NCBI RefSeq assembly: GCF_018336915.1
Contig: NZ_CP064923.1
Coordinates: 4,680,001-4,712,000, forward strand
Length of the DNA stretch: 32,000 bases
Origin: Acaryochloris marina S15
GTDB taxonomy: Bacteria > Cyanobacteriota > Cyanobacteriia > Thermosynechococcales > Thermosynechococcaceae
Direction: 5' to 3'
Numbering within the stretch: position 1 is the stretch's first letter; every line of letters begins with the position of its first letter. The position numbers were made by a program, and so were the translations under genes. Positions 18,199-25,838 of this stretch are shown here, piece after piece. The notes below the pieces were generated by a model, which saw nothing but the letters and a program-made list of their open reading frames with translations, was not told the DNA's origin and made no database searches.

Positions 18199-19305
18199 TT
18201 ATTGCATTGTGACCATGCTCAGTTCCTCTGCTAATGCTAGAGTCTCTGCTACATACTCAGAGTAGTAAGTATTTCTATTCCGTTGATCAAATTGTTCTGC
18301 TAATGCGATCGCATGTTGGTTGAACCAAGCTTGTAACCCATCCAGGTCATAACACCCGTCTACTTGCCACAAGGCAAAATCTTGAGGTAACCGAGCTTTA
18401 ATAGAGCGACGCCCCGCACAGATCAATTGTTGGGTTAGGAGGTGGCAAGCCGCATAAAAATGTAGCTGGTTCAGAGGAATGGAACTCTTAAGCGCCATGG
18501 GTAGATGGCGCTCTAGCAGTGTCACTGCTCGCTCTAAATTACCGATCACGGATAAGTAGATAATGTGAATGCCATGTTCCTTCACAAAGTTGGGATTCTG
18601 GGCAATGCGCTGATACCCCAGGCGATGGAACTCTTGAGCCTCCGCTAACTTGTTCAGACGCAGGGCAGGAAGAAGCAGCACCGCATAGGTCAAATGTGGA
18701 ACTTCAGCACAACGCTTTCCACCAGACAGTATCGGTTCTGCATATTCAAAGGCATCTTCTAGACGACCAAGATGAGTGAGCACGATGACTGACTCGTTAA
18801 TATCACAGGCATGGCAATCCGACACGGTATCACGAGCTTGGAGCGGCCACTCCTGGTAGGCTAGTGCAGCTTCAGACAAATGTCCCATTACGGCATACCC
18901 CGCTGCTTTTCGTTGATAGTAAACACGTGAGCTGTAGCCCGCTGCCTGAAAGCGTCTTCCCAAGTCTTCCAATAGCTCATCAAACTGTGCCAGGCTAATA
19001 CCAGGACACTCACTACAGGCTGCAACTATCCACTTATACATCCACAATAGATGACGCAAATCAAAGCGATTGGGATTGGCATCTGCTTGAGCTAGACACC
19101 AGGCAAATGCGGGGATAGATAAGTCTGGCCGACCGCGAAAAGCACTGCAGCTGATTAGTTCTTCACGGGCTGCGTACCCTCGGTCTAGATCATTGATCTG
19201 ATCTGCTAGGGCAATGGCCTGTTTTGCCAGAGAAATTTTTAGAGACCCTTTGGGTTGGTTGGTACATTCATAGAGCAGCTCATCAATCTGTTCAGTCATA
19301 CTCAT
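18199..19305 (-). CDS. Hypothetical all-helical (TPR-like) Cys-rich protein, operon partner of the HSP90 paralog
   Basis: 368-aa ORF that starts 2 nt after the HSP90-family stop (TAG-CT-ATG at 19303-19310). It has helical-repeat character and several Cys, including SDCHACD. I recognise no family. Confidence 0.6.
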   Translation of the reverse strand: MSMTEQIDELLYECTNQPKGSLKISLAKQAIALADQINDLDRGYAAREELISCSAFRGRPDLSIPAFAWCLAQADANPNRFDLRHLLWMYKWIVAACSECPGISLAQFDELLEDLGRRFQAAGYSSRVYYQRKAAGYAVMGHLSEAALAYQEWPLQARDTVSDCHACDINESVIVLTHLGRLEDAFEYAEPILSGGKRCAEVPHLTYAVLLLPALRLNKLAEAQEFHRLGYQRIAQNPNFVKEHGIHIIYLSVIGNLERAVTLLERHLPMALKSSIPLNQLHFYAACHLLTQQLICAGRRSIKARLPQDFALWQVDGCYDLDGLQAWFNQHAIALAEQFDQRNRNTYYSEYVAETLALAEELSMVTMQ

Positions 19306-19307
19306 AG

Positions 19308-21146
19308 CTATTGCATTCCATTAAGACTGGCTAAATTCAAACTCATATCAATGAGACCCAGCAGCCCTTTATTCATTAGCTTGATTTCTCGGTGACCTAA
19401 AGGATACTGACCTAATAGCAAAGCTTGAACATAGAGCATCTGCACAACCCGCTCTTGCAGCGCTCGGTCTGGCAAGTCCACCATACGCAGAAACGTTTCA
19501 TTGTCGAAGTTAAAACAGAGTCGGGAGTGGGCTTGGAATTCAATGCCTTGGGCAATTCCATCTAGCACATTGGAAAATAAGTCATTGCTAATATCCTTAG
19601 TACGACTAATCGATCGCAAAGTTTCTGCGGCTTCATTTTGTAAATAGATAGCCGGAAGATCGACCGGTTTAAAGCGACGTGCTTCAGTTTGGACGCCAAA
19701 CGGTTGCAACACGACATCGGCTAAGCGCAAAAAGTCATGAACGCGATCTCGCTCTGTGAGGGACAGTTCTTCAAATGCTTCGCTCAACTCAGCCGGATCT
19801 ATGACTTCAAAAGAGATATCCGAGAAAAGAGCCGTGGCCCGGTCTAAGATTTCTGTATCGTGGGTATAGCCCGCATTAATCACCAACATGGACTGGGCTG
19901 TAGCAACACTAGCTATCTGGCGAAACCGATCAACCGTGTTCACGAAGCATACGGTTTGTCTATTTTCCCGGATCTCTTGGCCTGTCATCCTACCCAAGGA
20001 GGTTTCAAAGGGCAGCCAATTGAAGAAGAGGCGCAATAGATCATCATTCTCAACGGCAAGGGCTTTCAAGGCCGGATAATGCAAGGAGATTAACCGTTGG
20101 AGACGTGCTGAATCTGTCTCTGCCAACCCAATCAGATATTGCTTTAAGGCTTGCCCCAAAGCATTTCGAACCTGATCTAGATCTTCATTCTCGTAGAGGT
20201 CTTCACGGGATGCGGTGGGACGTAGCGTACGAGCATCGACCACACAGCGGACAAAAAAGGCCCAATCTGGCAGCAGTTTTTTGGATGCTTCTGAAACCAG
20301 CATGCCTTTGATATATACGCGATGGCTGGGAGTAGATCCAACCGTGCCACTATTCGCTAGGACATAAGCGACCCCCTCAACGCCTTCAGCAATGGAGGGT
20401 AAAGGGATAGCATCGAAAAATTTTTCGCCTAATAACCGTTCGCCATAGGCTAACGTTTCCTGACGCCATTGTTCATCGGTGCAGCCTTTGCGCCAGGGTG
20501 GAACATCATTCAAACCAATTGTTTTCTGGTTGGCTGATAACTCCAGCGCCATAGGCAATAGGCCACCATAGTGGCGAACCAATACCTCTAAAGATTTAAC
20601 GGACAGCAATTCTTGACACCCAGGTCGAGCCACCAAATACACTCGGGTCCCAGGCTTGAGATCTCGTTCCAGAGTGCGAACCTTGTAGGTGCCATCAGGT
20701 TTACCGCGCCATTCGACTGGCGGTGCTTCTGGATGACGAGCTGATTTTGTAACAATGGCAATTTCTTCACTGACCATAAAGCAGCTCAATAAGCCAATCC
20801 CAAACTGGCCGATAAAGGTGCTTCTTTGCTCAGACAGTTCGCCTCGCTTGGAGCTTTTACCAATCGTAGCTAGGAATTCATGAACTTCGGCCTCGGTCAA
20901 ACCTACGCCATCATCTTCGACCATGAGGGTGGGTGTACCATCTTCACTATCCACGACTTCAATCAGGACGCGGCCCAAATGGTTAGGCTGAATTAGCCGC
21001 CGGGCTTCTATGGCATCAACCGCATTTTGAAGCAGTTCTCGGATATAGACCCGTGGGTCACTATAAAGGTGGTTAGAAAGAAGTTCAATCATGCCCCCCA
21101 GATTGACCTGGAAGCAGTGTTCTTGTGCTGCTTGGGAATGAATCAT
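19308..21146 (-). CDS. HSP90-family protein (non-canonical HtpG paralog, GHKL ATPase)
   Basis: Motifs: LYSDPRVYIRELLQNAVDA (Hsp90 motif ELxxNAxDA), VEDDGVGLT (DxGxG) and FIGQFGIGLLSCFMV (GQFGxG). At 612 aa it is divergent outside the N-domain. Confidence 0.85.
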   Translation of the reverse strand: MIHSQAAQEHCFQVNLGGMIELLSNHLYSDPRVYIRELLQNAVDAIEARRLIQPNHLGRVLIEVVDSEDGTPTLMVEDDGVGLTEAEVHEFLATIGKSSKRGELSEQRSTFIGQFGIGLLSCFMVSEEIAIVTKSARHPEAPPVEWRGKPDGTYKVRTLERDLKPGTRVYLVARPGCQELLSVKSLEVLVRHYGGLLPMALELSANQKTIGLNDVPPWRKGCTDEQWRQETLAYGERLLGEKFFDAIPLPSIAEGVEGVAYVLANSGTVGSTPSHRVYIKGMLVSEASKKLLPDWAFFVRCVVDARTLRPTASREDLYENEDLDQVRNALGQALKQYLIGLAETDSARLQRLISLHYPALKALAVENDDLLRLFFNWLPFETSLGRMTGQEIRENRQTVCFVNTVDRFRQIASVATAQSMLVINAGYTHDTEILDRATALFSDISFEVIDPAELSEAFEELSLTERDRVHDFLRLADVVLQPFGVQTEARRFKPVDLPAIYLQNEAAETLRSISRTKDISNDLFSNVLDGIAQGIEFQAHSRLCFNFDNETFLRMVDLPDRALQERVVQMLYVQALLLGQYPLGHREIKLMNKGLLGLIDMSLNLASLNGMQ

Positions 21147-21450
21147 ATGAATTGCTTCGATGAGCTAGAGAAATGACGAATGCTGACAATGATGCTTTTT
21201 CTGATATGGGTCGAATCCCTTGAAAAAGCCAACTTATCTCAATCAAAGAAAGAAAAAATGCAATATTAGACTTTTCAAACGACAATCCATCTATAGATAA
21301 GATTTATCGCTGAATCACAAAGAATTAGTAGCGCAGGCTATAGCCTATAATGCCCCAATAATAGGGAGATACGAACAAAAACTCTCAAGAGAGAATTTTT
21401 TCAAGGTAGGCTTTGAGCACAACTCCTTTTCTTTAACAAATTTCCAACCC

Positions 21451-21678
21451 TCAAAAGCTTTGATTAGTGAAATGATGGTGGATTTTTCTGCCCCATTTTT
21501 TTATCAAGGTAGCAGCGATATCCACCATATTGGGGTCAAACGTGCTGATATAGCTTGTTAAACCTTCATCTAAAGGCTGTGAACTGAGTTGAGAAAGGAT
21601 TATCTCAGAATTGTCTTGCGTAGATAGAGTCTCTAGCAAATAGGCTTGAAAATCAGCGAGGTCTTGCTCTGGCATCAT
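21451..21678 (-). CDS. Small (75 aa) partner protein of the MNIO enzyme (function unknown; possibly MbnC/DUF2063-N-like)
   Basis: ATG 21678 overlaps the MNIO TGA (ATGATG at 21673-21678). The sequence begins MMPEQDLADFQAYLLETLSTQDN... The track ORF (21451-21822) extends 148 nt into the MNIO gene, so I prefer the coupled start. Confidence 0.5.
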   Translation of the reverse strand: MMPEQDLADFQAYLLETLSTQDNSEIILSQLSSQPLDEGLTSYISTFDPNMVDIAATLIKKWGRKIHHHFTNQSF

Positions 21679-22553
21679 TCCCCTCCTGCTTCCGCAGCGT
21701 GAGAAACGTGATTTATGATCTGCCGAATATGGGCAAAGTCTCGTCGAAATTGAAGTTGCTCTTGCTTGGAGTTCAGCGTATTGCCCATACGTTCCAAAAT
21801 AACGGTTTCGACCTGGGGACACTGTTGAAGGGCCAGTTTTAAGAGTTCAAAGACTGGCTCTGGAACCGCCTGATCATGGGTATCACGTCGAATCGTTGCC
21901 GTGCCATGGTGACTCCAGGATCCACCCGACAGGTGAAGTTCTCGTACTCTTTCGAGGGGATAGAGGCTGAAGATTTCTGTGGCTGAGAGCTGAAAGTTGT
22001 GCATTTGGCAGTAGAGATTATGCAAATCCAGCAGGAGAAAGCCATCTACGGGGTCTAAGAGCTGATCTAGGAACTCGCCTTGTTGACGGACATCTTGGAG
22101 GCCAAAGGCAAAGGCGAGGTTTTCTAAGCCGATGGGCACTTGGGCGATATCTGCGAATTTCTGGATGCGATCGCATCCCAGTTTCAGGGTCTCTGGCAGT
22201 AGAGGCATCGGCAACGGCGCACTGCGAGCAAAATTCCGAGTCGCCATCCAGCCAAAATGCTCGGAGATATGCCGATAGGAATAGTCCAGACATTCTGCCT
22301 GCAGACAAGCCAACCAGTGTCGCCGATCCAGTTGAGCAGACAGTAGCGAGTAGCTTACCCCATGCCCTAACAGTCCATTTCCCTGGCTAAACTGCCGCAA
22401 AACAGAACACAACAGATCGGGCAGTACCACACCCCCCCAACCCATATCAAAGCTCCACTCCACCACGTCTATCTCATCCGCATCAAAGAGAGGCTGAGCC
22501 GCCTGCCAAAAGTTAGGCTGAGGCATCAAGGATAGACCAAGCTGAGGCGTCAT
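21675..22553 (-). CDS. DUF692 / MNIO (multinuclear non-heme iron oxidative) family enzyme
   Basis: By-eye alignment to MbnB-type landmarks gives ISEHFGW, PIGLENLAF, LLDLHNLYC, ELHLSGGSW, RRDTHDQAV and VILERM. Preferred start is ATG 22553, which overlaps the precursor stop (TAATG). The track start is 22577. Confidence 0.85.
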   Translation of the reverse strand: MTPQLGLSLMPQPNFWQAAQPLFDADEIDVVEWSFDMGWGGVVLPDLLCSVLRQFSQGNGLLGHGVSYSLLSAQLDRRHWLACLQAECLDYSYRHISEHFGWMATRNFARSAPLPMPLLPETLKLGCDRIQKFADIAQVPIGLENLAFAFGLQDVRQQGEFLDQLLDPVDGFLLLDLHNLYCQMHNFQLSATEIFSLYPLERVRELHLSGGSWSHHGTATIRRDTHDQAVPEPVFELLKLALQQCPQVETVILERMGNTLNSKQEQLQFRRDFAHIRQIINHVSHAAEAGGE

Positions 22554-22840
22554 TAGCCCATGCCGCAAGGGGGACAAGGCTCATGGGGAAGCTGGCGTGG
22601 ATCAAAGGGGGCGTGGGGTTGCATTCCCGGAGTTAGAGTCTCGGGAACAGGTTCAGCTTCAGTGACTAAAGTGGGCTGAGTGCTGGGTGTTTCAGGTTTT
22701 GCCCCTGACACCGCTGGTTCGGGTTCAACAGTGGCAGACTGAAACCACCATTGATTGGCAGCAGGACGCGCCTGAACAGCCAGAGAGACCAAAGAGAGTA
22801 AAAATGCCGTCAAACCAGCGGTGACAGAGAACTTTTTCAT
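22553..22840 (-). CDS. Candidate RiPP precursor: Sec signal peptide, Pro/Glu/Thr-rich spacer, C-terminal CPPCGMG
   Basis: From ATG 22840 the sequence reads MKKFSVTAGLTAFLLSLVSLAVQA/RPAAN...PRQLPHEPCPPCGMG-stop, 95 aa. The track start at 22855 is a TTG. The only two Cys lie in the last 7 residues. The stop overlaps the MNIO start. Confidence 0.65.
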   Translation of the reverse strand: MKKFSVTAGLTAFLLSLVSLAVQARPAANQWWFQSATVEPEPAVSGAKPETPSTQPTLVTEAEPVPETLTPGMQPHAPFDPRQLPHEPCPPCGMG

Positions 22841-22976
22841 GGGAGACTGGGCCAAAGTTATTGAGATGACTCCATGCTAAGCAATGAATCAGGCTTGCAG
22901 TCCCTGGTTTCAATTTTTGCAACTCATAGGTCTGCCCTCGTGATCAGTCTGGCATCCCATCGAATTCCCTATGGTT

Positions 22977-23837
22977 CTAGTAATGAAAAGGAATGGTCAA
23001 CAAAGGTGCAGCCGTCACTAATAAGCCACTCCATGTCCATGAATAGGCAGGGAGAGCCGTCTCACTCGGGGCAAGCAAGGCGTCTATCCGCTCTGATAAT
23101 CGATGGCCCGTTGCCGTCTGCATGGCAGCACAAATACTCTCCGAAAAGTCTGCAGGAGAGGGATTAACCATCAACAGCAAGGATTCTGCCAACACCAACG
23201 GATCGACTTGCTGGGCGGCCCACTGGTCGGCTCGTAATTCTCGAAGCAGCAAGAGTTCTTGCCAAAGTTCTGTGGAATGGGGCAGCCAATCCGTCAGCCG
23301 CCGGAGCCATCCCCACCAGAAAAACCAAAACGTATCGCGATACTGTTGATGGGCTTGTTCGTGCACAAGGACTGATGTCAGTTGCTCTGCAGATAGAGTC
23401 TGCAATAACCCCTGGGTGATGACTAATTCAGACTGCCAAAAACCCACCTGAGCTGCATAAGGTAAGACATGATCAACCTGGTAGGCCCAATGGCCTTGAA
23501 TCTGAGTTTGAGGGCAAGCATGAATGCGCTGTAAGCTAGCCCAACCTTCGATGATGAGCCTGAGGTTGAGGCCAACTGCCATACCCACAAAACCAATGGC
23601 TAAGCCATAACTCCACCAACCTTCCTGGACCCAAACCATATGGCCTTGAGGTCCCATCCATAACACTGCGATCGCAGTCATTAACAACAACAACGGTGAC
23701 CATAAAAAGACTAACAAATTACCCTGCCATCGCTTTGCCCAAGTCCACTGATTTCTCTTGGCTTTCAGCCATCGATAGCCATAGGTTCGACAAAGCCAGA
23801 CCAGGGACAAGGCGCTGAGGATCATGAACAAATGCAT
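22977..23837 (-). CDS. M56-family (BlaR1-like) membrane metalloprotease, PetP-like
   Basis: 286 aa with about 4 TM helices and HExxH in LVHEQAHQQYRD. The start overlaps the stop of the upstream BlaI-like gene (TAATG at 23835-23839). Confidence 0.8.
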   Translation of the reverse strand: MHLFMILSALSLVWLCRTYGYRWLKAKRNQWTWAKRWQGNLLVFLWSPLLLLMTAIAVLWMGPQGHMVWVQEGWWSYGLAIGFVGMAVGLNLRLIIEGWASLQRIHACPQTQIQGHWAYQVDHVLPYAAQVGFWQSELVITQGLLQTLSAEQLTSVLVHEQAHQQYRDTFWFFWWGWLRRLTDWLPHSTELWQELLLLRELRADQWAAQQVDPLVLAESLLLMVNPSPADFSESICAAMQTATGHRLSERIDALLAPSETALPAYSWTWSGLLVTAAPLLTIPFHY

Positions 23838-24256
23838 TACTGTTCCTCCCTGGCTTTACGAGCGGCCCGTATCTTATCTGCGATCGCTTCTATCTGCTCG
23901 ATGCTGGCCTGATCAAGGTGATCGGCAAAAGCAGCAACGGTATCAGGATTTCCCACTGCTAAAAACTGCTGAAGCTGGTCATAGGCCCAAAGGGAGTTGG
24001 CCTGTTCTCGCGAGACCAGAGGACGCCATACAAAGCTACGGTTTTGCTTATCGCAAGCCAACCAGCCCTTTTTAGTGAGGCGATTGAGGACAGTGGTGAC
24101 GGAGGTATAGGCCAATTCGCGATCGGGGTTGGCCAAAATCTGATCATGAACCTGTTTGACGGTGGCAGTCCCCAAATCCCAAATCAAATTGAGAATTTCG
24201 AATTCTAAGGGACCGAGAGAAAGCTGCTTGGGACGAAAGTCAGGGAGCGATGCCAT
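23837..24256 (-). CDS. BlaI/MecI/CopY-family winged-helix transcriptional repressor, PetR-like
   Basis: LGPLEFEILNLIWDLGTATVKQVHDQI...AYTSVTTVLNRLTKKGWLACDKQNRSFVWRPLVSREQ. Preferred start is ATG 24256 (139 aa). The track start 24310 adds 18 non-conserved-looking residues. Confidence 0.85.
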   Translation of the reverse strand: MASLPDFRPKQLSLGPLEFEILNLIWDLGTATVKQVHDQILANPDRELAYTSVTTVLNRLTKKGWLACDKQNRSFVWRPLVSREQANSLWAYDQLQQFLAVGNPDTVAAFADHLDQASIEQIEAIADKIRAARKAREEQ

Positions 24257-24271
24257 AGTGCTTGATATAAA

Positions 24272-24399
24272 AGACCTTATCGGAAATAAAATGGGTGAGA
24301 ATAACTTCAAACGTCTATGTCGTAAGTCTTTGAGGTCGATTTTTCTCCAAAAATAAAACGCTTTCCCAGTAAGGCTTCCAGCTATTTCCGATAAGGTCT
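24272..24399. repeat. Perfect 17-bp inverted repeat (AGACCTTATCGGAAATA / TATTTCCGATAAGGTCT) with a 94-bp spacer
   Basis: The arms at 24272-24288 and 24383-24399 are exact reverse complements, checked base by base. The left arm lies 16-32 nt upstream of the preferred start of the BlaI-like gene. Confidence 0.85.
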
Positions 24400-24479
24400 A
24401 AAGGTAAAAAAGTCTGACAAGCCAGGTAAACGTATCAATCGTTTGATAATTCTATAGGCATGAAATTTTTTTCAAAAAG

Positions 24480-25301
24480 CTAGTCTATAGGTTTTTCTAC
24501 CTCTTCAAGCTGCTTAAGACTTTTCAAAAAAGACAAAGATAATTGAAATGACTTGATTCGAGATTGCCCAATTGAAAAGTAATAAGATTGAATTATCAAA
24601 ACAACAAAAAGAAGATATGGAATAGCCCTCTGTATTTCTTCAGATTTCATGATATCAATATTAGGGAATCTAAAAACAAAGTAAATTGTAAGTACAATAA
24701 AAATTGCCACAAAAATCGATGCTTTTTGTAGCAATTTTTGCCGACTTTTCATGATTTCTATTGACTCTTCAAATCTTACAACAACAATATCTATGCATAA
24801 AATTCTTGTGTTTATACTTGATGCATTCGATTCCCATGCAAGAGAAGTCATAGGATTTTGATATTTATGAGTATTGTACATATTTTTCAATCTTTCTTTT
24901 ATAAGGAAAATATGTTCCTCATAAGTCTCATAAGCTTGAAAGCTATCAACCACCCATCGCAATACCAACAAAAACAGATAAATGGCTGCTAAGGATATTG
25001 CAAGCAAGCAAATGAAAGCAAAAAATTTCCTGAATTCCAAAAACGGGTTGGCTAATGCTATAGACAATGAAATAAAAAATATTACAAAATAAGTAATAGA
25101 CCTCCGCCTGAAGTCTTTTTGGCTTAAATGCATAAATGCCAGTCTTATTTTTTGCATAAATAAATCTATGCAAAAATTTATTTTATTATCCTTTTTATCT
25201 TCCTCTTCCTCTTCCTTATATTGGTAAGACTTAAAATCCTTATCAATAAGATCAAATAGTATTTCTAACTCTTCCGTAAACAGAGATTCTTCACAATTCA
25301 T
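24480..25301 (-). CDS. Hypothetical 4-TM membrane protein in an AT-rich insert
   Basis: 273 aa. It has an acidic N-terminus (EEEEEDKKD), two TM hairpins (ITYFVIFFISLSIALANPFL / FFAFICLLAISLAAIYLFLLVL and ASIFVAIFIVLTIYFVF / AIPYLLFVVLIIQSYYFSIG) and helical linkers. Codon usage is strongly AT-biased compared with the neighbours. Confidence 0.55.
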   Translation of the reverse strand: MNCEESLFTEELEILFDLIDKDFKSYQYKEEEEEDKKDNKINFCIDLFMQKIRLAFMHLSQKDFRRRSITYFVIFFISLSIALANPFLEFRKFFAFICLLAISLAAIYLFLLVLRWVVDSFQAYETYEEHIFLIKERLKNMYNTHKYQNPMTSLAWESNASSINTRILCIDIVVVRFEESIEIMKSRQKLLQKASIFVAIFIVLTIYFVFRFPNIDIMKSEEIQRAIPYLLFVVLIIQSYYFSIGQSRIKSFQLSLSFLKSLKQLEEVEKPID

Positions 25302-25838
25302 TCAAAATTATATTACCTATAATACAAGCTTACTTCTTTACTAGATCTATTACATAATTCAGCTAATGATATGTAGAGGATTAAAAATCCAAGTCAGATC
25401 GTAGCATTTACATTTATTGAGTAAATAACACATCATGAAACGAATATTGCAAAAAATCTACTAACTATATTGGAGTTGGAATCATTATTCAATGATTCTT
25501 ATATACAAAATCCTGAGATAAGAATAAGACGAAATTCTACCGTTATTCAAGATTCTCAGAGTCATTGAAAAATTTTAGTCAGAATATATTTAACGACTTG
25601 ATTATTTGGCATCTTCATGAGACCAATCATCATTAAGATTATGTGGCTAATCGAATTTCATAAATATTACTTGCGATCGTATTGTATATACTGCTGTTCA
25701 TATTTTACTAGAGTAATTTACGATTATTTTGCAATCACGATACTAGAAAAAACTTGCCGCATCAACTTCCAAGACAATCAGTCCAACACCATATTATCTC
25801 AATGGAATATCAACACAGACATTGACTATCACTCTAAT

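Noticed and set aside
21085-21285. 66-aa ORF upstream of and overlapping the HSP90-paralog start
   Set aside because: It overlaps the real gene's 5' end on the same strand in another frame, and its sequence is low-complexity. It is probably promoter or leader DNA.
21451-21822. Long version (123 aa) of the MNIO partner ORF
   Set aside because: Its first 48 codons overlap the MNIO coding sequence out of frame and look non-protein-like (Arg/Ser-rich). The ATG that overlaps the MNIO stop is the more plausible start.
24400-25838. Calling the AT-rich insert a mobile element
   Set aside because: No transposase, integrase, tRNA attachment site or target-site duplication is visible. Only compositional evidence exists, so it is reported as a finding rather than as a mobile_element feature.
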